The translations under genes were made by a program, and so were the position numbers. A stretch of DNA of 64,000 nt from NCBI RefSeq assembly GCF_006345805.1, contig NC_043000.1, positions 117,366,001 to 117,430,000 of the forward strand. Direction: 5' to 3'. The stretch is from Octopus sinensis. Taxonomy: Eukaryota. Shown here one piece after another: positions 1 through 10,804 of this stretch. Positions within the stretch are counted from its first letter, which is position 1. Each line of letters begins with the position of its first letter. Under the pieces are notes generated by a model. The model was given only the letters and a program-made list of their open reading frames with translations, ran no database searches and was not told the origin of the DNA.

Positions 1-713
1 ATCTGGAATATAAGAAAGTTTGCTTCCCACCTTTGCGCCTCTAGTTGTGATGTACGTTAATCCGAGATCACACATTATAGAAATCCAAATATTGTTTGAA
101 TATATTAATGACTACTCAGAATATATCTGTAATATTTTGGTAGAAAATATTCCAGAACTGTGAAACTTTAAAGCCCAAGGTATAGATGATTCTGATCCCA
201 GACCGAATAGGAATTACAGAAACTTCCGTACTAAGTTTCAAGAAACAGCTTCTGGAATTTTCACAGGCTTCGAAATCAAATTCTGATTCCATTATTTTTA
301 AACAAACCCCGGAGAAAATGGACCCCATATATTTTCTTTTCTTCACTGTATGAGGTAAAAATATTCAAGCGTTCCTTGTAAGTCTTCAGAGAAGTAATTT
401 TGTGTGTGCGTGTGTTTGTGTGTGTATGTGTGTGTACGACTGTTGGGTTACTTCTACTGAAGTGAAGAGTTCAACGGCACGATGAAGAATATATCCAGAA
501 GCAAAGCAATTTAAACATTTATGAACTTCTTCTATTACAGAAATTTAACACATTCATTCAACGAATATGTAACCTTTGCCTTACAGAGAAATGTCTTGAG
601 ATATTTTGGGGTCATATTCCGTGTTAACGATAACATATTTCAATTCGTGTCTTTATAAGTATTTCCTGTCGTTTTCGCTTTATATGCTCCTACTCGAATA
701 AGATATGTTACCA

Positions 714-985
714 TACTCTAGACCGATGATGGACAAAGATCCTGAAACATGCATGTCTCTAGATGCAGGCCTGGCTGCTGGGGGTGTTTGTCTCCCGTTC
801 GTAAATATATAAGGACACAGGAAAAAAAATGTGTCGAAGCCGACAGGAGGCGTCGATGCTTCCTAGGGCTAAACAGCGTTGGTGTAATCCCCTACTGTCA
901 CGTTAAATTGACAGTATACAACCATTCTATCGCCCCACCACCGTACATATCTCTATGAGATATTTAGAAATTTAATATTTCTGAT
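714..985 (+). repeat. ~270-bp direct repeat, copy 1, starting with a hammerhead-like motif (family X)
   Basis: Near-identical to 2703-2973 (tactctagaccgatgatgg...aatatttctgat). Confidence 0.9.
717..763 (+). ncRNA. Type I hammerhead ribozyme-like motif (variant core)
   Basis: Stem I TCTAGA/TCTAGA, core CCGATGA (U4C), stem II GGA/TCC with T.T at 10.1-11.1, GAAA, palindromic stem III ACATGCATGT, GTC triplet ending at 757. Confidence 0.65.
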
Positions 986-1065
986 TTTGGTAATCAGTGA
1001 ATAAACTTCACTGAAAATTAGATATATATATTTACGAAGTCGGGACAAATATCTGCAGCTAGCAG

Positions 1066-2679
1066 TTTTTTTTTTTGTGTCGGTTATTTTGTGTTACGGT
1101 TGTTGTGTATTGCGGTTGTGAGTTCGAATTCGTTGGTGGAAGCTGTTACGGCGTGATGAATTGTTGGACGTTTTTTTTTCGAGTATGCAAGCCCAAACTT
1201 ATGCGGGAGCAGCAGGCAAGGGCCTGGCTGCGAGCGAACTGCAGTTGGAGGAAGTGGTCGTCGAGAAGGAGATTTTGAAGAAATGCTTCAACAGCTTCAA
1301 GAAGGAAGGTGATTGTGTGAGGGTCACACCACCTGAAGACGAAGCGAAGGAGGCGGAGAAGCGTATTATAACATACATAACGTGGAGCGTGGCTTCGAAG
1401 AAAATAGAAGCAGCAGAAGCGGAGGAAATCGAGAGGTGTTTACAGGAAATTGAAGAAGAAACTACCTTCTACAATAGAGGTAGAAAATACGCAACAGTAG
1501 TCGTTCATTTTAAAAACGAAGATGAAGCGAAGAGGAACATCATGAAAATATTGAAAACGGAAAAATAGGTGTTACTACCTAGCTATTGTGGAAAAAGGGC
1601 AGTAAGAATACGAATCACTAAAATTTCACCGGAACTGAACATGGAAAGAATTGTAGCGGCAATAGTGTTCAACTGCAAAGAGAGTGTCGACATACTAAAG
1701 GTGGAAAAGTCGAAAGAACTAAAGTGGTGGGGTTATGCCAGGCCTGTATAACATCCCAGAGGAGTTGGTGTTCCCCGACGAGACACGTCTCAGAGTCGTG
1801 GTGGAGAGGAGACCCCCAGTGTGTTACAATTGCAAAATTAGAGGCCACATGAAGGATATGTGTCTGCGAAGAGAAGTACAAGAGAAAACGATAACACTGG
1901 AGGCTTTGACAGAGGAGTTACAAAAGGCGAATGTGGAAGAGGAAATCGTGACTACAGATAATGTGGAAAGTGGTGAGGAGTCGGAGAAAGGAAAGGAAAG
2001 AACAGAAGAAAAAGAGGATAGAAAGAGAACGCGGGTGGAATTACCACCCAAAGCACAAAAAAAGAAAAAAGCTAAAAAGAAGTCGATCGACGACATGGAG
2101 GATCGAACGCACGAAGAGAAAGATACAGAAACGAAAGCGAGTGAAGCTTCAAATTGTCAGATAACGGAAGAATGGGATAGAAGAATGGAAGAACAGCTGG
2201 AAAAATGTAAGGAAGGAGGAAGACCAAAAGGAAGAAATCTTAAAGCTATAATATTGTACAAGAAGGACAAGGAAATTGAAAAGAAGTTGGCAAATATGAA
2301 AAGTCTAATTAGAGTGAAGTTAAATTCGAAAATTTTTGGTGACCAAGTGAAGGCGGCGATTGTAGAAAAAGAGACAGTAATGAAACTGAAAAATGCGTAT
2401 ACAGCTGTATATGTAATGCATTACATTAGGTATGAAAGTTTGCCAAGTATTATAGAACAGGAGAAGTTACTCACATACATAACGGATGAACGCCCTGAAT
2501 AACACAATTGTAAGTGTAAATGAAACTGCGAGTTTTGGGGCTCGTAAGACATTCCATTAATTCATTACAAATAATTCATTGTCATACCATACTTTTTGAT
2601 TTTTTATTATATGTACCCCATGTCCTGTATTGTAATGTCCCCTCTTAATCCGGGTGATTGTGCCTATAATAAAGAGTTA
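1066..2679 (+). mobile_element. ORF1-only non-LTR retroelement (Tx1/L1-type ORF1, HAL1-like), decayed
   Basis: Flanked by a 15-bp TSD, ATCT[G/A]CAGCT[A/G]GCAG (1051-1065 / 2680-2694, 13/15). Contains only a gag-like ORF1. The 3' UTR is T-rich and ends TTGTAATGTCCCCTCT...AATAAAGAG. Confidence 0.75.
1185..2502 (+). pseudogene. Gag-like ORF1p with CCHC zinc knuckle; disrupted
   Basis: MQAQTYAGAAG start. In-frame TAG at 1566-1568 and a frameshift near 1740. The knuckle CYNCKIRGHMKDMC is followed by an E/K-rich linker. Aligns by eye with the ORF1s at 39089 and 40954. Confidence 0.8.
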
Positions 2680-2702
2680 ATCTACAGCTGGCAGGCTTCT
2701 GC

Positions 2703-2973
2703 TACTCTAGACCGATGATGGACAAAGATCCTGAAATATGCGTGTCTCTGGATGCAGGCCTGGCTGCTGGGGGTGTTTGTCTCCCCTTCGTAAATATATA
2801 AGGACACAGGAAAAAAATGTGTCGAAGCCGACAGGAGGCGTCGATGCTTCCTAGGGCTAAACAGCGGTGGTGTAATCCCCTACTGTCATGTTAAATTGAC
2901 AATATACAACCATTCTATCGCCCCACCGCCGTACATATCTCTATGAGATATTTAGAAATTTAATATTTCTGAT
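2703..2973 (+). repeat. ~270-bp direct repeat, copy 2 (family X), running into (TA)n
   Basis: Matches 714-985. Confidence 0.9.
2706..2752 (+). ncRNA. Type I hammerhead ribozyme-like motif, second family X copy
   Basis: TCTAGA-CCGATGA-TGGACAAAGATCCT-GAAA-TATGCGTG-TC-TCTGGA. The substitutions relative to copy 1 mostly give G.U wobbles. Confidence 0.6.
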
Positions 2974-3001
2974 ATATATATATATATATATAATTATATG
3001 A

Positions 3002-3042
<41 letters not shown>

Positions 3043-3059
3043 GTACATTCAAATATGTA

Positions 3060-4005
3060 TAAACACTAATATATTATGAGCTTCGGGAATCCTAACCACT
3101 TCAATAATAGAATCCCTCGTATCATCACCACCAGTACGAGTAGCCGTCACACATATAACAACGATGAGGCCCTCTCCCAGCTCCATACTAGTAACGATAA
3201 TACCTCTGTTCTATTCCCACTAGATTAGGATCTATATCGGCGGCAATCTTTGTTTCAAGTCCTGAATTCTTTCTCAAATGGAGCCCCTAAACTATCTACT
3301 TCCCTAGCTACATACACCACCTCCTGAATATTCTCTATACCTTATCTTCGTCCGTAGTTTGTAGAGCTCCCCCGTACAACACTAATTACCTTATTTGTAA
3401 GCTGTGTTTCAGGAAATCCCTTGCTATCCTTCGCAATCATAATACCACGTTAGATAATAAGTCCTATGATGTGATTTCCTCGTGTAAGCACAGAATGTAA
3501 TTCCCATTTACCCATTACGTAAAGTCTTTATGATTTCCCCTAAATGTGGTTAAACACTTGCTTATTACTTAGCTATGCTAGCAGCATTTTCTTTCTGTAT
3601 TCTCCTTATTCCATTCTCCATATCTCAGTATATCTTCCCTCTCCACTACCCCCATCCCTTTCTTGTACTGGTTATCTCTTCTTGAATCTCTGTTTCGTAA
3701 GTGATTTATTGACTGCTTGGATTCCTTGAACACCAGTGGTACTCCCTTTCAACTCAATGACCTTAAATTTACCTTCTCCCCTCCTCTCCGTCTCATCTAT
3801 TCCACCTCTATTCACTCCCCCTAAGTCATATAAATCCCTCACCTTCTCGGTCTTTAAATTCTTTTTCTCTACCTCTGTTCCTCCTTCCTACGTCGAACAT
3901 ATTCTCTTCCCCCTCCCTGCCATTTGTTCTTATTTTTCCTCATCTCTCCTTTCGAACCTTAAATTTTAGACACTACCATATGAACTGCTTTTACCAACTT
4001 TCTGT
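3060..4005 (-). pseudogene. Heavily decayed gag/ORF1-like remnant (duplicated at ~4905-5867)
   Basis: Purine-rich minus strand with fragments such as GRGPHRCYMC, which resembles the ORF1 knuckle lead-ins (EGGGPNCYLC, ERRPPVCYNC). Many stops. Confidence 0.3.
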
Positions 4006-4032
4006 ATATATATATATGTATATATATATATA

Positions 4033-4578
4033 TTTTCATCTCACTAAATTTATCCAGCTATTGTGTATCTAGTGCACTCTTCGCCTTGAATGTAATGATA
4101 TATGTATAATATATGGCGTGTACTGGTACACCGGCGATTATAATTAATTTTATTGTATCGCATTTATCTTTGTTTACATATTCTCTCGATAAATTTCTGA
4201 CCGTTAGACGATATACCACAATCCCCTATTTTGTCGGGTTTGTTCTGAGTCTGCGCAGTGTTTTGAATAGTTTAGAAAGAGCATTTCGATAGACGCACAT
4301 GGGTCTATTGATATGGTCTTCCATCATTAACAGGAATCTTACTGAAGAGCCAGCCTGAGTAAATGAATACTATTTTTATTACTGAATTTGGCGAAACTGC
4401 AGTATAAGAAAAGTTAAGTTTGTAAAAGTTTTTAATTTTCATCTCACTAAATTTATCCAGTTATTGTGTATCTAGTGCACTCTTCGCCTTGAATGTAATG
4501 ATATATGTATAATATATGGCGTGTACTGGTACACCGGCGATTATAATAATTTTATTGTATCGCATTTATCTTTGTTTA
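4033..4578 (+). mobile_element. Retrozyme-like element (family Y): 403-nt monomer plus ~144-nt terminal redundancy, embedded in (TA)n
   Basis: 4033-4176 is repeated at 4436-4578, with a single canonical hammerhead in between. Confidence 0.7.
4337..4409 (+). ncRNA. Type I hammerhead ribozyme, canonical core
   Basis: Stem I TCTTA/TAAGA, core CTGAAGA, stem II GCCA/TGGC, GAAA, palindromic stem III ACTGCAGT, GTA triplet (predicted cleavage after 4404). Confidence 0.85.
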
Positions 4579-4606
4579 TATATATATATATATATATTGT
4601 GTGTGT

Positions 4607-4640
<34 letters not shown>

Positions 4641-4847
4641 TATATATATAAATTTATATATATGTATATATATATGTATATATATATATATATATAAATA
4701 TATATGTATATACATATATATGAATATATATATATATACTTATATATATATATAAATATATATGTATATACATATATATATGAATATATATATATATACT
4801 TATATATATATTATATATATATAATATATATATATATAATTATATGA

Positions 4848-4888
<41 letters not shown>

Positions 4889-5893
4889 GTACATTCAAAT
4901 ATGTATAAACACTAATATATTATGAGCTTCGGGAATCCTAACCACTTCAATAATAGAATCCCTCGTATCATCACCACCAGTACGAGTAGCCGTCACACAT
5001 ATAACAACGATGAGGCCCTCTCCCAGCTCCATACTAGTAACGATAATACCTCTGTTCTATTCCCACTAGATTAGGATCTATATCGGCGGCAATCTTTGTT
5101 TCAAGTCCCGCTAGCGGGCTCACCTGAATTCTTTCTCAAATGGAGCCCCTAAACTATCTACTTCCCTAGCTACATACACCACCTCCTGAATATTCTCTAT
5201 ACCTTATCTTCGTCCGTAGTTTGTAGAGCTCCCCCGTACAACACTAATTACCTTATTTGTAAGCTGTGTTTCAGGAAATCCCTTGCTATCCTTCGCTATC
5301 ATAATACCACGTTAGATAATAAGTCCTATGATGTGATTTCCTCGTGTAAGCACAGAATGTAATTCCCATTTACCCATTACGTAAAGTCTTTATGATTTCC
5401 CCTAAATGTGGTTAAACACTTGCTTATTACTTAGCTATGCTAGCAGCATTTTCTTTCTGTATTCTCCTTATTCCATTCTCCATATCTCAGTATATCTTCC
5501 CTCTCCACTACCCCCATCCCTTTCTTGTACTGGTTATCTCTTCTTGAATCTCTGTTTCGTAAGTGATTTATTGACTGCTTGGATTCCTTGAACACCAGTG
5601 GTACTCCCTTTCAACTCAATGACCTTAAATTTACCTTCTCCCCTCCTCTCCGTCTCATCTATTCCACCTCTATTCACTCCCCCTAAGTCATATAAATCCC
5701 TCACCTTCTCGGTCTTTAAATTCTTTTTCTCTACCTCTGTTCCTCCTTCCTACGTCGAACATATTCTCTTCCCCCTCCCTGCCATTTGTTCTTATTTTTC
5801 CTCATCTCTCCTTTCGAACCTTAAATTTTAGACACTACCATATGAACTGCTTTTACCAACTTTCTGTATATATATATATGTATAATATATATA

Positions 5894-6439
5894 TTTTCAT
5901 CTCACTAAATTTATCCAGCTATTGTGTATCTAGTGCACTCTTCGCCTTGAATGTAATGATATATGTATAATATATGGCGTGTACTGGTACACCGGCGATT
6001 ATAATTAATTTTATTGTATCGCATTTATCTTTGTTTACATATTCTCTCGATAAATTTCTGACCGTTAGACGATATACCACAATCCCCTATTTTGTCGGGT
6101 TTGTTCTGAGTCTGCGCAGTGTTTTGAATAGTTTAGAAAGAGCATTTCGATAGACGCACATGGGTCTATTGATATGGTCTTCCCATCATTAACAGGAATC
6201 TTACTGAAGAGCCAGCCTGAGTAAATGAATACTATTTTTATTACTGAATTTGGCGAAACTGCAGTATAAGAAAAGTTAAGTTTGTAAAAGTTTTTAATTT
6301 TCATCTCACTAAATTTATCCAGTTATTGTGTATCTAGTGCACTCTTCGCCTTGAATGTAATGATATATGTATAATATATGGCGTGTACTGGTACACCGGC
6401 GATTATAATTAATTTTATTGTATCGCATTTATCTTTGTT

Positions 6440-6441
<2 letters not shown>
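5894..6441 (+). mobile_element. Retrozyme-like element family Y, duplicate copy
   Basis: Same layout as 4033-4578 (404-nt period). Confidence 0.7.
6199..6271 (+). ncRNA. Type I hammerhead ribozyme, canonical core (duplicate)
   Basis: Identical to 4337-4409. Confidence 0.85.
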
Positions 6442-6507
<66 letters not shown>

Positions 6508-6539
6508 TATATATATAAATTTATATATATGTATATATA

Positions 6540-6570
<31 letters not shown>

Positions 6571-7519
6571 AATATATATGTATATACATATATATATGAA
6601 TATATATATATATATACTTATATATATATATAAATATATATGTATATACATATATATATGAATATATATATATATACTTATATATATATTATATATATAT
6701 ATATATTATATATATATATATACATGAATCTTCTCAAAAGCTGGTTATTACCGGACATGTAATAAGTTATTTATATTGTATTGTTAATCTCCGGATTGGC
6801 TGTCTTTTGTTTTTTGTTCATATATATTTCTCCTACCGTCGTATAGTATTTGTTATGCTAACACAAATTAACTATAATCTTTTTCTCGTGGCTTACAAAG
6901 ATGCCATGTAAATACGAGAGTTGTTTCAGAGTTTGAAAGAGTTTTGTATTTGATCTTGTACAAGTTGTGCCAAAAATATGCAGAAGTTTCAGGGAAAGTT
7001 TTTCGTTTTACTTTCGGAAAGCAACCTTTCTCTCTTCGATTTGCAAAATATGAATGAATCATATTATGTAGGTTTCTTTTATGCTAATGCATTTAAAGAC
7101 GTAATTTTTGAGAAGTTTCTCTTCGATGCTACATATAAATTCAAAATAGTTACCTATACTAAATATGAAATGGACTATGTATAAAAATCATTATCATTGT
7201 ACTATAAAGACTGTAGGGAACGAATTAATGTATCGTAAGTTCTCGGTATGTGGTAGAGTTCCAGAGATGTTGCGTATACCGAAATATTAATATTCAAATA
7301 ATAAAAAGTTTGCCAATGAAATAAATCCGGATAAAAGGTTTACCAATGACATAAATCTGAATATCTTCAGTAATTTCCGAATCAAAATTATAATCCTTAT
7401 ATAAAATTTTATTCAATTTTTGAAAACAAATTACAGTAACATGTTTTTTTTATTAAAATATTCGTTTATTTCATAATTATAATCTTTATCTATAAATAAT
7501 AAATAAACGCGCCCTTTTA

Positions 7520-7752
7520 AAGCCTAGCCAGGCTCATGGGCCTGGTTTCCCGGTTTCTATGGCGTGTGTGTTCCCCAGCTGGACGGGACGCCAGTCCATC
7601 GCAGCGTTACTCATTTTTGCTAGCTGAGTGGACTGGAGCAACGTGAAATGAAGTGTTTTGCTAAAGAATACAACGCGTTGCTAGGTCCAGGAATCGAAAC
7701 CACAACCTTACGATCATGATGTTGACACCCTAACCACTAAGCCACGTGCCTC
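7520..7752 (-). mobile_element. tRNA-derived SINE (family C-related, V-domain-like block)
   Basis: Minus-strand head GGAGGCACGTGGCTTAGTGGTTAGGG...TTTCGATTCC and the block CTGCGATGGACTGGCGTCCCGTCCAG. Confidence 0.7.
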
Positions 7753-8089
7753 CAGAATCTTTATCTATAACCTACTATTATTCATAAAAAGGTAATAACT
7801 CGTGAAATAAATATTTTTATTGTATCTCTAGAGGGTTATAATACCAACAATAAACGCACACACTGCTTGTTTCACTTCTTTATTATTCGTTAATTGAGTA
7901 ACTATTTAACCAATTAACTAATCGCTTGTTTGATTAATCATTTGGATAATCAATCATTCAGTTATATTTGTCAAAATCCTTCCGTCGTTATCTGGGACCT
8001 CCTTCATGTCATGTTCTCTTTACTCCAGGTCAGCTTCAGATCAGTTCACATCAAGTATCTGCAAACCAATTACAAGAAGAAAATACATG

Positions 8090-8123
<34 letters not shown>

Positions 8124-8132
8124 TACATATAA

Positions 8133-8490
8133 GCGCAGGAGTGTCTGTGTGGTAAGTAGCTTGCTTACCAACTACATGGTTCCGGATTCAGTCCCACTGC
8201 GTAGCACCTTTGGAGAGTGTCTTCTACTATAGCCTGGGGCCGACCAAAGCCTTGTGAGTGGATTTAGTAGACGGAAACTGATAGAACCCTCTCGTGTCTG
8301 TGTTTGTCCCCTCACCGTCGCTTGACAACCGATGTTGGTGTGATTAAGTCCCGGTAACCTTGCGGTTCGGCAAAAAGAACCGATAGAATAAGTACTAGGC
8401 TTACAAAGAATAAGCCCTAGTGTAGATTTGTTCGATTAAAGGCGGTACTCCAGCATGGCCGCAGTCAAATGAATGGAACAAATAAGAGAA
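8133..8490 (+). mobile_element. tRNA-derived SINE family A
   Basis: GCGCAGGAGTG.CTGTGTGGTAAG head and GGCGGTACTCCAGCATGGCCGCAGTCAAATG tail; repeated more than 10 times in the window. Confidence 0.85.
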
Positions 8491-9215
8491 AATGCAAACT
8501 CCCATATATTAACCCATATTTTATAACAATAACGTTTTCTTCTCATTTTTTTTGTTTGTTTTTGTTTTAAGTTTATCAAATCTTGACCATTAGATCTGAT
8601 GTACATCGTTGTCAATTGGTGATATTTAGTGCCACTAGTCTGAAGCATTATGTATAGGTATGGAAATGTGCGTGGGCATCTTAATAAAATACGAAGCTGG
8701 ATGTAAGAGAAAGAAACTCTAAAAAAATATTAATCACTAGTAGATTTATTTGATATAATTAATGTAGGTATTGTTAAGATAAGCGATTTTTTTTTTATGC
8801 TTCTGAAAATTTGCGAATTTCTTTCATGACTAGGCGTTGGTTTACAATACTGTAATCTACTGAAAAAGTATTTTCTCCCTTATAGCATGTCTAACGTGAT
8901 GATTGTATGCATGAAGAGATTGACTGAAGTAAAAACAGATTAGAAGTAAGGAAGTAGTTTATTGTTTGAGGGTTATATTATTGAGAGATATTTAGGATAG
9001 ACTGTCTGTGATGTATGATGTTGATATATCAATCATTCATCGATTTCTGAAATTTATAAAATGGATGAAATCGAACGTTGGATTATGAAACATTTAAAAA
9101 AACAATTTTGTATAAATCATTTTGTAATAAGGTTTTCAGAAGTCTTATTTCCATATTCACAGCAAAATATTTTAACGTACAGATTATTTGAATTGTAAAT
9201 TTCTTTTTCTTTTCT

Positions 9216-10418
9216 TTACACCCAGGAAGATTGCATCGATCTACAGCTTACAGCTGTTGTGCGTACAATACTTGAAGATCTTCTGTTCAAGGACTTACGC
9301 TTACAGATGAATAGAGCACCTAATTCTTTTCGGAAATATGCTCCAGTGAAACTATAAAGAAAAAAATTGACGCAGTAATTCATATAAAAGATAGTTCGTG
9401 TGATAAATAAAATACTCTTTAGAAATTCAAAATCTACTGCCATTCTTATAAAATCAACATTGGTTATTAATACAGCCTTAGAGAATTGAATGCACCATAC
9501 TACGAAAAATGGTAAATTTAGGGCAATAAAGAAGAAAGATATTACAAGAAGAATTAAAGTAAATTCTAAACGAATGACGTTTTCCTCGGTAATCACAGTG
9601 TTGTGGTTCCTCTTTCTGTTTCTTCTGAGAAGACATCGGATTATGAGACTGTTTAGTATCGTAATTACTGTGAATGGAACGAGTGTAATAAAAAATGCAA
9701 AAACGTTATCCAGTACGAATGATATTATATTGAAATTTGGATGTACTGTGCATATTTTCGGTCCACCTTTGGTGGCCTCATGAATTCCGCTTAGGATCGG
9801 TTTATGAAGGTTAAATATCAAAGAGGAAATTACTACAAGCAAAAGTATGCGCCGAGTTGATCGACGTGTATAGTACCTGTATCGTTGGAATGGATGGCAA
9901 ACGGCAATGTAACGTTCGACAGTAAAAGCTACTACAATCCAAGCCGAGAGAAAGCGTGATGAATAACCAAGGTATATAAACAGTTGGCAAAAGCCTTCCG
10001 TGTGTAATAAGTAAATATAGCTATCATTGGGCCACATTGATAATCCTCTCTTCAACCAATCGATACAGACGTAAAAAATGAGCGCGGTGGTATCTGCAAT
10101 GGAGAGCGCTATTAAATAATGACTGGCTGACAAATGGCGTAGCTTTTTTGATAAAAATACGCTGAGTGACAGTATGTTTCCAATGATACCTAGAGATAAA
10201 ATTAACGGTGTTAGGAAAACATAGATGTATTGTGAAATTGTCAAAAGTCGCGAGTCATTGTCTATGCTTGACAGAGTAGAATTGCGTTCCAAGAGTGTTC
10301 CGAGCAATTTTAAGAGTCCATTACTTTCGTTCGCTAAGCAGCACTGTGAAGAAATATTACCCTGAAAAGAAAAGAAAAAGAAAATATTATTGCAAATACC
10401 TATTTCTTTACTACCCAT
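9216..10418 (-). CDS. Rhodopsin-class (class A) peptide GPCR, FMRFamide/myosuppressin/sex-peptide-receptor-like group; main coding exon probably 9216-10361
   Basis: Intact 400-codon ORF with 7 hydrophobic segments: GN in TM1 (GIIGNILSL), LSIAD in TM2, ERY in TM3 (TVERYIAVCHP), NLP in TM6 and NFFLY in TM7. The N-terminus has N-glycosylation sequons (NIS, NES, NST). A polypyrimidine tract plus CAG acceptor lies just before 10361. Confidence 0.93.
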   Translation of the reverse strand: MGSKEIGICNNIFFFFSFQGNISSQCCLANESNGLLKLLGTLLERNSTLSSIDNDSRLLTISQYIYVFLTPLILSLGIIGNILSLSVFLSKKLRHLSASHYLIALSIADTTALIFYVCIDWLKRGLSMWPNDSYIYLLHTEGFCQLFIYLGYSSRFLSAWIVVAFTVERYIAVCHPFQRYRYYTRRSTRRILLLVVISSLIFNLHKPILSGIHEATKGGPKICTVHPNFNIISFVLDNVFAFFITLVPFTVITILNSLIIRCLLRRNRKRNHNTVITEENVIRLEFTLILLVISFFFIALNLPFFVVWCIQFSKAVLITNVDFIRMAVDFEFLKSILFITRTIFYMNYCVNFFLYSFTGAYFRKELGALFICKRKSLNRRSSSIVRTTAVSCRSMQSSWV

Positions 10419-10601
10419 AAGGGACTAAACACAGATGGGACAAACAAGGACAGACAAACGGATTAAGTCGATTACATCGACCCCGAAAGGATGAAAGGCA
10501 AAGTCGACCTTGGCGGAATTTTAACTCAGAACGTAACGGCAGACAAAATACAGCTACGCATTTCGCCCTGCGTGCTAACATTTCTGCCAGTTCGCCGCCT
10601 T
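10395..10601 (-). mobile_element. tRNA-derived SINE family B (Meta-domain-like core)
   Basis: GGCGGCGAACTGGCAGAAATGTTAGC head, B-box-like GAGTT.AAATTCC, GTCGACTTTGCCTTTCATCCTTTCGGGG core. Confidence 0.85.
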
Positions 10602-10804
10602 AATATTGCAAATACCGTTGCGGAAATTAGGTAGAGCTTCAAGCGTTTCTGATCATTCCTGACTGGACTACAATTTCGGAGACTCAATTATATTTCACTT
10701 GTTACGATTATCTCGGCAGATGTTTTTTGAAATTATAGCCACCACTGATTTATGAGGTTTCGTATCCAAATGCGCCTACATTAACGACAATGAAATGGAA
10801 AGTA

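Larger units (their letters stand above)
2975..6720. repeat. ~1.86-kb tandem segmental duplication (two units)
   Basis: Identical ORFs at 3544/5406 and 3736/5598 (offset 1862). The offset is 1846 upstream of a 16-nt indel near 5107. Confidence 0.9.

Noticed and set aside
714-2973. Reading this as an LTR retrotransposon with 270-bp LTRs and gag
   Set aside because: No TG...CA ends, primer-binding site or polypurine tract. The inner element has its own 15-bp TSD and a LINE-like tail.
9490-9783. 97-aa plus-strand ORF
   Set aside because: Antisense shadow of the GPCR CDS.
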